42,108 bases of DNA from Actinomycetota bacterium (GCA_039804335.1 JBDLWK010000001.1:1-42108), one strand, 5' to 3'; positions 22,473 through 31,749 are shown, counted from the stretch's first letter. Made by a program: numbers and translations. Notes: generated by a model from the letters alone, not told the origin.

Positions 22473-22780
22473 TTTACTCAGATATCGCCATCACAGCCTT
22501 TGCTATCGCCGTCATGGTTGATTTATTTGTTCTCAAGACATCGTTGCTCACACGTCCAGCTTTCTGGACTTCCTATGCAATCATCTTGCCTTTTCAATTC
22601 TTAACAAATTGGTGGCTGACATCGCGCAATATTGTTATGTATCACCCAGATGCAATCATGGGTCTACGTTTCTTCTCGGCCCCAGCCGAAGATGTTCTCT
22701 TTGGATTCGCCCTTCTCTTGGGCGTTATGGGTCTCTGGGAGTTCTGGGGTCGTAGGGGTTATCAGCGCAATAAGTTTTAG
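22469..22780 (+). CDS. crtYd: Lycopene cyclase subunit (heterodimeric CrtYd type)
   Basis: Hydrophobic; N.WLT...IV.Y and PAEDVLFGF motif; ATGA coupling with the upstream subunit. Confidence 0.85.
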   Translation: MIYSDIAITAFAIAVMVDLFVLKTSLLTRPAFWTSYAIILPFQFLTNWWLTSRNIVMYHPDAIMGLRFFSAPAEDVLFGFALLLGVMGLWEFWGRRGYQRNKF

Positions 22781-24885
22781 AGCGCAGATATTTCGAAGAT
22801 CAGACCAGATTCAGGTTTCATTACCGGCAGTTGAAGGCCGATATTCGCTAGCTGCTCCCCTGTGAGATCTATCGTTGGCCACCAACCTGGATGTGCCTTT
22901 TGCAAGAACTCTGGTGCGCTAATTCCGACGTTGACGCTGACCCGATATGTGGCGTGAGGATCAAGGCCATCGAATGTGGCAACAAGCGGTCCGAAGTTAT
23001 CGAGGGATGTCAGCTGCATATAAGTAAATACCGCTTGCTTCTTATCCTTTGAAACCGTTCCATACATCTGAGCATTACCCTGAATGACATCGCTGCGGAC
23101 CACATCTCCTGAGTGGATGAGAGCACGGTGCTTCTTATAGAAAGCGATGTACTGCTTTAACACTGCAATTTCGTCATCACTTGCCTCTGTGACATTCCAC
23201 TCGATACCTGCATGACCAAATAGCGCATTAAGTGCGCGGAATGAGATGTCGTGGGTACGGTGCATCTGATGACCGACAGTTGGTCCCACATGTGTTCCGA
23301 GGAACTCAGGTGGAATCACCATCGCGCTCCATCGTTGAATCTGCTGGCGCTCTAGCGGATCATTTTGATCGGAAGTCCAGAAACGATCTGCATGTTCGAT
23401 CATTCCTAGATCTATGCGTCCTCCACCAGAGGCACATGATTCAATTTCAAGTCCTGGATGGCGGCGCTTGAGCTCGTCGAAGAGACGGTAGAGAGCCTCT
23501 GTCTGCTTACGTACAACTGGACGGCCATCGCTAATTGGATCTGAGAGATGTCGATTGTGATCCCACTTGATATAGGCGATGTTGTTCTCGGTGAGGACGG
23601 TATCTACCTGATTAAGAACATGGTTGTACGCACCCTCTTTGGTGATATCGAGAACTTGCTGCCAGCGACCTTCAACCGGAATGCGACCTGGTTCTTGCAG
23701 AATCCAATCAGGGTGTGCGCGATAGAGATCTGAATCAGCGTTGACCATCTCCCCTTCAAACCAGAGGCCGAACTCAATCCCCTTGTCGTTGATGTATTTA
23801 ATGATTGGCTGCAGACCTTCAGGCCAAACATCCTTTGAAACAACCCAATCACCGAGACCTAATCTGTCATTACGACGAGATCCAAACCATCCATCATCGA
23901 GAACAACGCGCTCGACACCGAGCTCGGACGCCTTATCAACAATCTTCTTAATACCTTCAAAGCTATGGTTGAAGTAGACGGCTTCCCACATATTTAGAGT
24001 TAATGGACGTGGCCGCACCTTTGTGATGTGATTATTGCGGCTACGGATCCAGTCGTAATGATTAGCCGTGATGCCATCGAGGCCTTCATCACTAAAGCTA
24101 GCGATAGCGCGCGGAGCTTGATAGCTCTCACCGCTCTTGAGAATTACCTCCCCTGGCAGAAGATATTCGCCCGCACCAATCGCTTTGCTGCCATCAATAA
24201 GGCGCTCAACATGGTGGATGTTATTTCCGGACCATGCCATCGCAAGTGACCAGGCTTGGCCGCTGCGAAAGTTTGTAGAGTTATTGAGCGCAATCTGAGT
24301 AATCGTGTAATCGTGACCTGACCGACCTTCGAAACCCTCGCGCGAGGTGAGGCCATATCCAATATCTCTGCGTTGCGGTTGGCGTTCTTTTGTCCAATGG
24401 CCATAGAAATCTAGAACTTGATCAGCTTGCTCTGCCAACGGAAGCCAGTAGAGAAAGTGCTCGAGGAAGTAATCGCTCGCACCCTTATTGGTTACCTTGC
24501 CATCAATCAGCAGAACATCGCTCTCAGTCAATGAGTAAGTCAGTTCTATCTCAAGTTCTGCAATCGAATCGAGAAATATCGCAACGAGACTTTGATCTTG
24601 CTGTGATGCGCTCTTCAATATAAAACGATTTGATGCTGCAGTTCCTGCACGATGGCCACGTAATGAAGGGTGGCCGATAAATCCACGTGAGTGTTCACGC
24701 AGTACAAGATTGCGCGGGGCAACATCTAGCCCGCCGTGGAAGTGTGGCTTTTGGACCGCCGCCGAGAGAGCTTTCTCTGTATTGCTATCGAGTGAAGCAA
24801 TCTTCTTGCCCCAATGAACGATAGAGAGAGTCTCATCGCCCTCTTCGAAGATGATTGAGGAACGAGATTGGCTCAAATGAATCAT
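22777..24885 (-). CDS. Alpha-galactosidase, GH36
   Basis: VLDDGWFG, FGLWFEGEMV, YIKWDHNR (nucleophile Asp), CASGGGRID, WTSD (acid/base). Confidence 0.95.
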   Translation of the reverse strand: MIHLSQSRSSIIFEEGDETLSIVHWGKKIASLDSNTEKALSAAVQKPHFHGGLDVAPRNLVLREHSRGFIGHPSLRGHRAGTAASNRFILKSASQQDQSLVAIFLDSIAELEIELTYSLTESDVLLIDGKVTNKGASDYFLEHFLYWLPLAEQADQVLDFYGHWTKERQPQRRDIGYGLTSREGFEGRSGHDYTITQIALNNSTNFRSGQAWSLAMAWSGNNIHHVERLIDGSKAIGAGEYLLPGEVILKSGESYQAPRAIASFSDEGLDGITANHYDWIRSRNNHITKVRPRPLTLNMWEAVYFNHSFEGIKKIVDKASELGVERVVLDDGWFGSRRNDRLGLGDWVVSKDVWPEGLQPIIKYINDKGIEFGLWFEGEMVNADSDLYRAHPDWILQEPGRIPVEGRWQQVLDITKEGAYNHVLNQVDTVLTENNIAYIKWDHNRHLSDPISDGRPVVRKQTEALYRLFDELKRRHPGLEIESCASGGGRIDLGMIEHADRFWTSDQNDPLERQQIQRWSAMVIPPEFLGTHVGPTVGHQMHRTHDISFRALNALFGHAGIEWNVTEASDDEIAVLKQYIAFYKKHRALIHSGDVVRSDVIQGNAQMYGTVSKDKKQAVFTYMQLTSLDNFGPLVATFDGLDPHATYRVSVNVGISAPEFLQKAHPGWWPTIDLTGEQLANIGLQLPVMKPESGLIFEISAL

Positions 24886-24947
24886 GGTGGGAGTCTATCT
24901 TTGAGCATCGCCGATGGGTAGAAGTTGGCGCTGTTAAACTGCCAACT

Positions 24948-25583
24948 ATGATTATTGATGTCTGGTCTGATGTTGTCTGCCCATGGTGCTTTATCGGAAA
25001 GCGTCGGCTAGAGAAGGCGCTCTCACTCTTTGAGCATCGTGATGAGGTTGTGATTCGCCACCGAGCTTTTCAGCTCCAGCCCGAGATCACGACGACTGTG
25101 GCAACAAAGTCATACCTAGCCGAAAAATATCGAATTGCTGAAACCCAGGTAGAAGAGATGCAAGCCAATGTTTGTGCCGTCGCCGATGGTGAAGGTCTCT
25201 GTTACAACCTCGATGAAACGCTCTCGGGAAATACCTTCAATGCCCACCGCTTGCTGCTCTGGGCTGCAACGATAGATAAACAGGACGAACTCCTTGAAGC
25301 CATGTATTCGGCATATTTTGAGAAGTCACAACCGCTCTTCTCGCACGAAGATCTCGTTAAGGTCTGCGCTGTTGCTGGAATCAACTCCGAGAATGTCACT
25401 ACGCTCTTAGGGAGTAATCAATTTAATGAGGAAGTTTTAGGGGATCGAGAGCTTGCGACCCAGCTTGGTGCAACGGGAGTTCCTTTCTTCGTCATTGATA
25501 TGAAATATGGCATCTCTGGTGCTCAGCCGCTGGAAGCATTCACTCAGACCCTCAATACAGCATGGCAAGAGGCGCAGGGATAG
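24948..25583 (+). CDS. DsbA family oxidoreductase (FrnE-like)
   Basis: SDVVCPWCFIG, GVPFFV, ISGAQP; start ATG 24948 after TAAACT-N7. Confidence 0.92.
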   Translation: MIIDVWSDVVCPWCFIGKRRLEKALSLFEHRDEVVIRHRAFQLQPEITTTVATKSYLAEKYRIAETQVEEMQANVCAVADGEGLCYNLDETLSGNTFNAHRLLLWAATIDKQDELLEAMYSAYFEKSQPLFSHEDLVKVCAVAGINSENVTTLLGSNQFNEEVLGDRELATQLGATGVPFFVIDMKYGISGAQPLEAFTQTLNTAWQEAQG

Positions 25584-25616
25584 CCGGATAGAATCAGCCC
25601 TCATCCAGTACCACTG

Positions 25617-25690
25617 GAGGCGGTAGCTCAGTTGGTTAGAGCCCCGAACTCATAATTCGGTCGTCGTCGGTTCGAGCCCGACCCGCCTCA
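25617..25690 (+). tRNA. tRNA with CAT anticodon (probably lysidine-modified Ile2, otherwise elongator Met; not initiator); CCA not encoded
   Basis: GAGGCGG...CCGCCTC-A acceptor stem; CCGAA-CT-CAT-AA-TTCGG arm; 1:72 is paired and the GGG/CCC initiator stem is absent. Confidence 0.93.
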
Positions 25691-25696
25691 CTAGCA

Positions 25697-26776
25697 CTAT
25701 TGATTAGCAAATACTTTGAGCGCTCCGCCATAACACGCCACCCACGTGCGATTGGTACTAGAGTCATAAGTTACGCCAATTGGTTCGTTGCAGACTTTGA
25801 TGGTTTGCAGAACTTTCATATCAGAGGTGCGAACTTTGGAAACGGTATCGCTATTGAAATTCACAACGAAGATAGCGCTGCCATCGCTGGAGATATCAAG
25901 GCTTCGAGCGGCTTCGCCTGTCTTTACACTCTTGATTGTTTTCCCGTGCGCTAAATCCCAAGCTTGAACCTTTCCGCTTGAATTCATCGTGACGTAGAGT
26001 CGGTTGCCATCAGGTGAAATCACTACTGCACGTGGGTTAGAGCCAATTGGAATAAGGACCTTAGAAAAATCAGTCAGATCGATTCGATGGATATGCGATC
26101 CGCCCATCTCGGCTATATAGGCGTACTTGCTATCTTGCGTGATTGCTATACCTCGCGGATAGCGCCCAATTTTGATTGATTTCACGGTCTTGCCACTCTC
26201 GACCGAGATAACCGTGACAGTGTATGAACACCAATTACTTACCAAAATATATTTGTTATCAGGGGTTACGGCCACCACCTTTGGCACCGACCCCACTTGA
26301 TATACGGCATCAATTTTCTTACTTTCGAGATTTACACGTGATAAGAAGCTGATGTCATAACCTGATGCTGGCGAACAAGTGTCATGCCCCTCTTTTGTGA
26401 AGCCTTTGCCGTACATCGAATAATTTGTGAAGTAGAGGTACTTCCCATCAGGTGAAAAAGCACCTTCAACTGGTGCCCCTTTATAGGAGCCAGAGTATTT
26501 CTTGAAGCCAAAATCTGAGAGAACTACCGTGTCAGGAACGGTTGCAATCAACTCGGCTTTATTTGCATCGTAGATAGTGACGCTGTGGCGATACATCATG
26601 TTATGCGCACTCACTAGACCAGAATCTGAAGCGAGAACTGATTTAGGTGAGATAGATCCATTTACGGTCTTTTCAAGGACCATCTTCTGTTCTGAGTTGA
26701 GAAGATCGGCAGCTATTGGTTGTGGGCTGATTATTAAGACGGAGATTGTGATGAAAGCTGTCATTAATCGGCGCAT
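25697..26776 (-). CDS. Secreted YncE/YVTN-type beta-propeller protein
   Basis: Signal peptide; repeated G..P..(V/I)A(V/I)(S/T)PDG..LYV.N blades. Confidence 0.85.
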   Translation of the reverse strand: MRRLMTAFITISVLIISPQPIAADLLNSEQKMVLEKTVNGSISPKSVLASDSGLVSAHNMMYRHSVTIYDANKAELIATVPDTVVLSDFGFKKYSGSYKGAPVEGAFSPDGKYLYFTNYSMYGKGFTKEGHDTCSPASGYDISFLSRVNLESKKIDAVYQVGSVPKVVAVTPDNKYILVSNWCSYTVTVISVESGKTVKSIKIGRYPRGIAITQDSKYAYIAEMGGSHIHRIDLTDFSKVLIPIGSNPRAVVISPDGNRLYVTMNSSGKVQAWDLAHGKTIKSVKTGEAARSLDISSDGSAIFVVNFNSDTVSKVRTSDMKVLQTIKVCNEPIGVTYDSSTNRTWVACYGGALKVFANQ

Positions 26777-26829
26777 GAGCCAATTCTAACCCTCCATTTA
26801 CCCTCAACTTTTCGACGTATGATGAGCAC

Positions 26830-27669
26830 ATGTCAGCGATAAAGTGGAAGGCCAAGGATGCAGCGCAATGCATCATCACTCCGAGCCAACTCGATCATAA
26901 ATATTCTCGAGGTACTTTGGGTGCAATCACCGGCTCAGCGCAATACCCAGGTGCTGCGGTACTGACAACTAGCGCTGCTACTGCAACCGGCCTTGGAGCT
27001 CTTCGCTTTCACAGTAGTTCAGGTCTTGCCCATCTCGTTCTTCATCAGAGCCCTGAGGTCTTAGTTCAACCTGGACCAGTCACGGCCTGGCTTGCAGGTT
27101 CAGGTATCGACTCAAAAAAATATAGCGACATCACCACTTGGCTACGTCACCGTTGGTTTGTTCATCTGCAACGTCAGAACGTTCCGACCCTTCTTGATGC
27201 AGGTGCCCTCCATCTCGCTGGATCTCTCGAACAACCAACCCTCATTACACCGCATGCCGGAGAGCTTTCGCAGCTATTGGCCAAACGTGGCGTAATTGCA
27301 AGTGCAGAGCTCATCGAATCCAACCCACGCGAATGGGCGGTAAAGGCATCAGAACTCATGGCAGTCACCGTGCTCTTAAAGGGCGCACATACAGTTGTCG
27401 CACAGGATCAATATCTCATCGAACTTCCTGTTGCTACTCCATGGCTTGCAACAGCTGGAAGCGGCGATGTTCTCGCTGGAATCATTGGCGCACTCATGGC
27501 TACGAATTACATTGAGATTCTTAACGATGGGAAGAGGCTTGCAGAGGTAGCAGCAACAGGTGCATTTATTCATAACCGAGCTGCGCTTATCGCTTCAGAT
27601 GGAGCGCCGATTAGCGCCTCATCTATCATCGCCGCAATACCTAAAGCGATAGGAAAGGCTCTCGCTTAA
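26830..27669 (+). CDS. nnrD: ADP-dependent NAD(P)H-hydrate dehydratase (stand-alone domain)
   Basis: HKYSRG, YPGAA, LDAGAL, ITPHAGE, LLKG, ATAGSGDVLAG. Confidence 0.92.
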   Translation: MSAIKWKAKDAAQCIITPSQLDHKYSRGTLGAITGSAQYPGAAVLTTSAATATGLGALRFHSSSGLAHLVLHQSPEVLVQPGPVTAWLAGSGIDSKKYSDITTWLRHRWFVHLQRQNVPTLLDAGALHLAGSLEQPTLITPHAGELSQLLAKRGVIASAELIESNPREWAVKASELMAVTVLLKGAHTVVAQDQYLIELPVATPWLATAGSGDVLAGIIGALMATNYIEILNDGKRLAEVAATGAFIHNRAALIASDGAPISASSIIAAIPKAIGKALA

Positions 27670-27758
27670 ATAGGTCTAACCCTCTTTGTTCCTCACATTT
27701 CCTTCACAACTCCATCACTTTGCTACCTCTCCCCTACTTTGCTCGCTACCGTCGCGCT

Positions 27759-28424
27759 ATGACAACTATCCAACTAGAAAAACCCCGAGTTCTCATTCTT
27801 GATTGCAATCGCTTTGAATTAGCTACCCTTGCAGATTCACTCCGCCTTCAGAGTTTAGATGTTGTGGGACAGGCGCTCGATGAAGAGAGCGCGCTCCAAT
27901 TATTTGAAGCGGTAAATCCCAATGCAATTATCGTCAACCTCCAAGGATGCGATCATGATTGCATCACACTTCTTCACTCTCTCCGAGAGTTAAATTCAAC
28001 GCTCGGAATTGTTATTCTCACTGATTCGCCCGACCTTCGACTCTACGGAGTACATCAGGCGCAGCTTCCACAAGGTTCTCAATTGATTGAGAAATCCGCT
28101 CTCAACGATCTCCGCGAGATCAGAGTTGCAGTTGATGTTGCAATGCGCCCCGAGGTGCGCACTGGCTGGTTGGCAAATGCCTGGGACTCCTCTCTTAACT
28201 CTCTGACAGATATTCAAATTGAAACCCTCCGACTCTTGGCGCTTGGGTTGAGTAATTCAGATATTGGCAAGCATCGATTCGTCAGCGAAAAGTCGGTCGA
28301 GCAGACAATCACCCGAATCGCACAGCACCTCCATGTAGTCCACGAAAAGGGGCGCAATATGCGGGTGATTCTGGCATCTGAGTACTACCGGTGGCTCGGT
28401 TCACCGCGTGAGCATGCGATCTAA
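27759..28424 (+). CDS. NarL/LuxR-family regulator with degenerate receiver domain
   Basis: Receiver-like N-terminus (RVLILD...IVILT...K) and LuxR HTH LTDIQIETLRLLALGLSNSDIG; start ATG 27759 after TACCGT-N6. Confidence 0.82.
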   Translation: MTTIQLEKPRVLILDCNRFELATLADSLRLQSLDVVGQALDEESALQLFEAVNPNAIIVNLQGCDHDCITLLHSLRELNSTLGIVILTDSPDLRLYGVHQAQLPQGSQLIEKSALNDLREIRVAVDVAMRPEVRTGWLANAWDSSLNSLTDIQIETLRLLALGLSNSDIGKHRFVSEKSVEQTITRIAQHLHVVHEKGRNMRVILASEYYRWLGSPREHAI

Positions 28425-28464
28425 TGACCTCATCTAGATAAGCCAGCTACGGTAAAGTCGGAGC

Positions 28465-28734
28465 ATGAACTCCGACCTCACTGTTGCTGATCTACGTGCT
28501 CGGTGGAATGAAGTTCTCGATCAATTAGAACGAGCCAACCGCGTCGCTTGGATGGCATTCTTCGATGGCCGACTCGAATCATTTGATAACGGCCGACTCA
28601 CACTCGATTTCACAGATCCGGCGAAGCTCTCGATGGGCCACGATTATCGTGAGGCCCGCCTTCGTATGGCGCCACAATTACAGGGCGTGATCTGGGATAT
28701 CTTCGGAATCTCAGTCGTTGTTATCGAGAAGTAG
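28465..28734 (+). CDS. Hypothetical 89-aa protein resembling the DnaX C-terminal / DnaA N-terminal (KH-like) domain
   Basis: TAAAGT-N6-ATG; pattern LR..W..V.D.L....R..W...DNGRLTL.F...L...I.DIFG....V; similarity judged by eye. Confidence 0.7.
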   Translation: MNSDLTVADLRARWNEVLDQLERANRVAWMAFFDGRLESFDNGRLTLDFTDPAKLSMGHDYREARLRMAPQLQGVIWDIFGISVVVIEK

Positions 28735-28736
28735 TT

Positions 28737-30053
28737 ATGAAGGTAAAGGTAGTCGCTGCGCTCTCGGCCTTTGCTGCGCTCTCGCTTGTAATCAACTCTG
28801 CACCTTCTAACGCCGCCCCAAAGGAATCTGCCCCCGCAATGGTCGGTCCAGGAGATCGCATTCATGGCGCCGATATCAGTCGCTGGCAACACCCCGGCGG
28901 TAAGCCAATCAACTTTGTAAAGATGCATTCAGCAGGTCTTCGCTTTGTGATGATTAAGGCCTCTGATTCACGACAAGATGCGGATCGCCTTGCCGTCAAA
29001 TATGTTGCAGCCGATCGCACAGGTGCACAGGAAGCTGGAATCTATACCGGCTTCTATCACTATGCAGTTCTTCCAGATGTCTCTTCCAATAGCGCCCTAA
29101 TTAAGGATGCAAAGGTTCAAGCACAGAAGGCGATATGGCGCCTTGCATCTATGGGTGGCTATAACGAGATGGATCTGCCATATGCGCTCGACCTTGAAAA
29201 TAACTGTATCCGTTATCGCGCCAATAAATCATGTGTAAAGCGTGCGACGAAGAGCGCAGTAACTATCTGGGCAAAGGCATTCCTTGCAACTCTTGCAGAG
29301 AAGACCGGGCGTACTCCTATCTTCTATTCTTACCCCAACTTTCTCGAAGGTGCGATGGCGCGAGATAAAGAGTTGGCAAAATATCCACTCTGGCTCGCCC
29401 AATATGCAATCAATCCAGCGATTCCAACAGCGCAACCTGGCCTTAAGAGCCCGGGTTGCTACGTCCACTCTTGGACAACATCCTCATGTAAATCAGAGTG
29501 GGTCGTTTGGCAATACACATCATGTGGAATAGCACCAAAGTATGGCGTACCCGGAAATCGACTTGATCTCAATGTATTCCGTGGGACGCAAGAGGCCTTC
29601 CTGGCACTGGCATCAGGTACATGGGTTCCAGCCGAGATGGATCTCATGCCACATAATGAAACTTCGACGATGGTGATTGATTACATCTCTGCCACTTCAA
29701 CCGATAAATATGTGACCTTCACTCTTCAGGTGTTGCGCCCTGATAGCTCGCCAGTTGTCACCGGCGATGTAAAATTTGTATCCGGAAGAAACCCGATTCA
29801 ATTGAAGTTCACTCAATCTATAGTGCGTTCAACTAGCGGAATGTGGAAAGTTGCGCTGAAGACCGATATGGCCGGCGTGTGGAATGGTGAATTACGTTTT
29901 ACCGATCCTTCTGGGACGCATGCTGATGTATCAACTCGAGTCTCATTTACCGTAACGCAAGGAACAGTTCCATCACCAGCGCCAAGCCCAAAGCCTGAGG
30001 CAACACCGAAACCATCAACAACAGATGGCTGTCGGAATCAGATTAAGAATTAA
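28737..30053 (+). CDS. Secreted GH25 lysozyme/muramidase with C-terminal beta-rich domain and Pro-rich tail
   Basis: Signal peptide, GADISRWQ, FVMIKAS, GFYHY, ALDLE (DxE), LWLAQY, WQYTS, LDLNVF. Confidence 0.9.
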   Translation: MKVKVVAALSAFAALSLVINSAPSNAAPKESAPAMVGPGDRIHGADISRWQHPGGKPINFVKMHSAGLRFVMIKASDSRQDADRLAVKYVAADRTGAQEAGIYTGFYHYAVLPDVSSNSALIKDAKVQAQKAIWRLASMGGYNEMDLPYALDLENNCIRYRANKSCVKRATKSAVTIWAKAFLATLAEKTGRTPIFYSYPNFLEGAMARDKELAKYPLWLAQYAINPAIPTAQPGLKSPGCYVHSWTTSSCKSEWVVWQYTSCGIAPKYGVPGNRLDLNVFRGTQEAFLALASGTWVPAEMDLMPHNETSTMVIDYISATSTDKYVTFTLQVLRPDSSPVVTGDVKFVSGRNPIQLKFTQSIVRSTSGMWKVALKTDMAGVWNGELRFTDPSGTHADVSTRVSFTVTQGTVPSPAPSPKPEATPKPSTTDGCRNQIKN

Positions 30054-31705
30054 GCTTTAATTAAAGCTTCCAGCGCTTCAACCTCTGCACTCACCTGAGA
30101 TTTATATTCGGCGATAGATGCCTTCTTCTCTTTAGCGCCCCAGCCAAGTACGGGTGCAATAAGAGCGGCGATATCGTCAACGAGTTCGATACCTGCTTGA
30201 GGGGCTTCAAAGGCTAGGCGAGTACGACGTGAGATCACATCATCTACCGACATTGCACCCTCATGGCTGGCAGCGTAAACAATCTCAGCTTTGAGATATG
30301 GCAGACCTTCTGCAAGGGGTGCTGCTAATTTCTTATCTGCTGTGATGAGTTCGAGAACTTCGCTGATGAGCGAACCGTAGCGATTAAGTAGATGGATAAC
30401 CGACTTTTCATCGATGCCATATTGATCTGCAATCTGCGCACTCTGCTGAGTAAGTGCGTAGTAACCATCGGCTCCAACGAGTGGAAGTTTCTCTGTGCAA
30501 GATGAGTTAACGATACGTCGAAGGTCTGTAGCTGCCATATCGATCGCATCCTTACCCATGACGCGGTAAGTGGTGTACTTGCCACCAGCGATACTGACAA
30601 AACCTGGCGCGCTGCGATCTGTGGTGTGCTCGCGAGAAAGCTTTGTAGTTGCAGAGCCCTTGGTATTTGCCACCAATGGACGAAGTCCTGCGTAGACGCC
30701 AATTATATCTTCGCGCTTGAGCTGTGGATCAAGGACTTTATTGGCTTGATCCAAGATGTATTGAACATCTTCAGTTGTTGCATATGGATGGGCGCGATCG
30801 CCATCATATGGAGTATCAGTTGTACCAACAATCCACTTATCTCCCCAAGGAATAAGGAAGAGGACTGAGATTGCGGTCTTTAAAATGATTCCGGTATTTG
30901 ATTTGATTGCATCGCCCGGTACAACGATATGAACGCCCTTCGACATCGTGACACCGTAACCAGCCTTCAGCCCAAAGCGCTCATGCATCTCATCGCTCCA
31001 GATACCGGCGCACATGACGACAGCCTTGGCGGAAACGTTGATCTTCTTACCTGTCTCGGTATCGATAACAGTTGCACCGACGACCTTCTTGCCGTCCTTA
31101 ATCAAGTTCTCAACTTCAACGCGGGTAGCAATAGTTGCGCCATGTCGAGCAGCGGTACGAATAATTGTCATTGTATGGCGAGCATCGTCAACCTGTGCGT
31201 CGTAATACTTGACGGCGCCGGTCACAATATCTTGTCGAAGTGAAGGAGCAATCTCAGCAATCTTCTTTCCAGACAAATGCTTATGCCAAGGAAGTGCACG
31301 TTGAAAACCACGAAGTACGTCATAGAGAGCAAGGCCTGCACCGACATAGGTGCGTTCCTTTAACTTCTCATGAAGTGGATATAAGAAACCAACCGGCTTA
31401 ACTAAGTGCGGGCTGAGTGAAGAGACCATGAGTTCGCGTTCATGAAGCGCTTCGCGCACCAACTTAAAATCGTATTGCTCGAGGTAGCGAAGACCGCCGT
31501 GAATCAATTTACTTGAACGACTTGATGTGCCAGAGGCGAGATCTCGAGCTTCAACGAGGGCTACCTTTAATCCACGGGATGCGGCATCGAGAACAGCACC
31601 GGCGCCGGTGACGCCACCGCCGATGACCAGGATGTCGAACTCATCATTGGCCAGAGATTGGATTGCGGCAACGCGCTGTTCGGGGCTGAGTTCAGATGAA
31701 AACAT
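30050..31705 (-). CDS. glpD: FAD-dependent glycerol-3-phosphate dehydrogenase
   Basis: IGGGVTG, GTSSRSSKLIHGGLRYL, GGKYTTYR. Confidence 0.96.
   Translation of the reverse strand: MFSSELSPEQRVAAIQSLANDEFDILVIGGGVTGAGAVLDAASRGLKVALVEARDLASGTSSRSSKLIHGGLRYLEQYDFKLVREALHERELMVSSLSPHLVKPVGFLYPLHEKLKERTYVGAGLALYDVLRGFQRALPWHKHLSGKKIAEIAPSLRQDIVTGAVKYYDAQVDDARHTMTIIRTAARHGATIATRVEVENLIKDGKKVVGATVIDTETGKKINVSAKAVVMCAGIWSDEMHERFGLKAGYGVTMSKGVHIVVPGDAIKSNTGIILKTAISVLFLIPWGDKWIVGTTDTPYDGDRAHPYATTEDVQYILDQANKVLDPQLKREDIIGVYAGLRPLVANTKGSATTKLSREHTTDRSAPGFVSIAGGKYTTYRVMGKDAIDMAATDLRRIVNSSCTEKLPLVGADGYYALTQQSAQIADQYGIDEKSVIHLLNRYGSLISEVLELITADKKLAAPLAEGLPYLKAEIVYAASHEGAMSVDDVISRRTRLAFEAPQAGIELVDDIAALIAPVLGWGAKEKKASIAEYKSQVSAEVEALEALIKA
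30052..30069. repeat. Perfect 18-bp palindrome at the convergent GH25/glpD junction
   Basis: AAGCTTTAATTAAAGCTT equals its own reverse complement. Confidence 0.85.
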
Positions 31706-31749
31706 CGTAGGTATACCGATTTCCCGTTCGATTGAGTAGGCTTAAGGAT

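Noticed and set aside
27670-27758. Pyrimidine-rich spacer with ACTTTGCT repeated twice
   Set aside because: Short and irregularly spaced; cannot be separated from compositional bias or a Rho-loading tract
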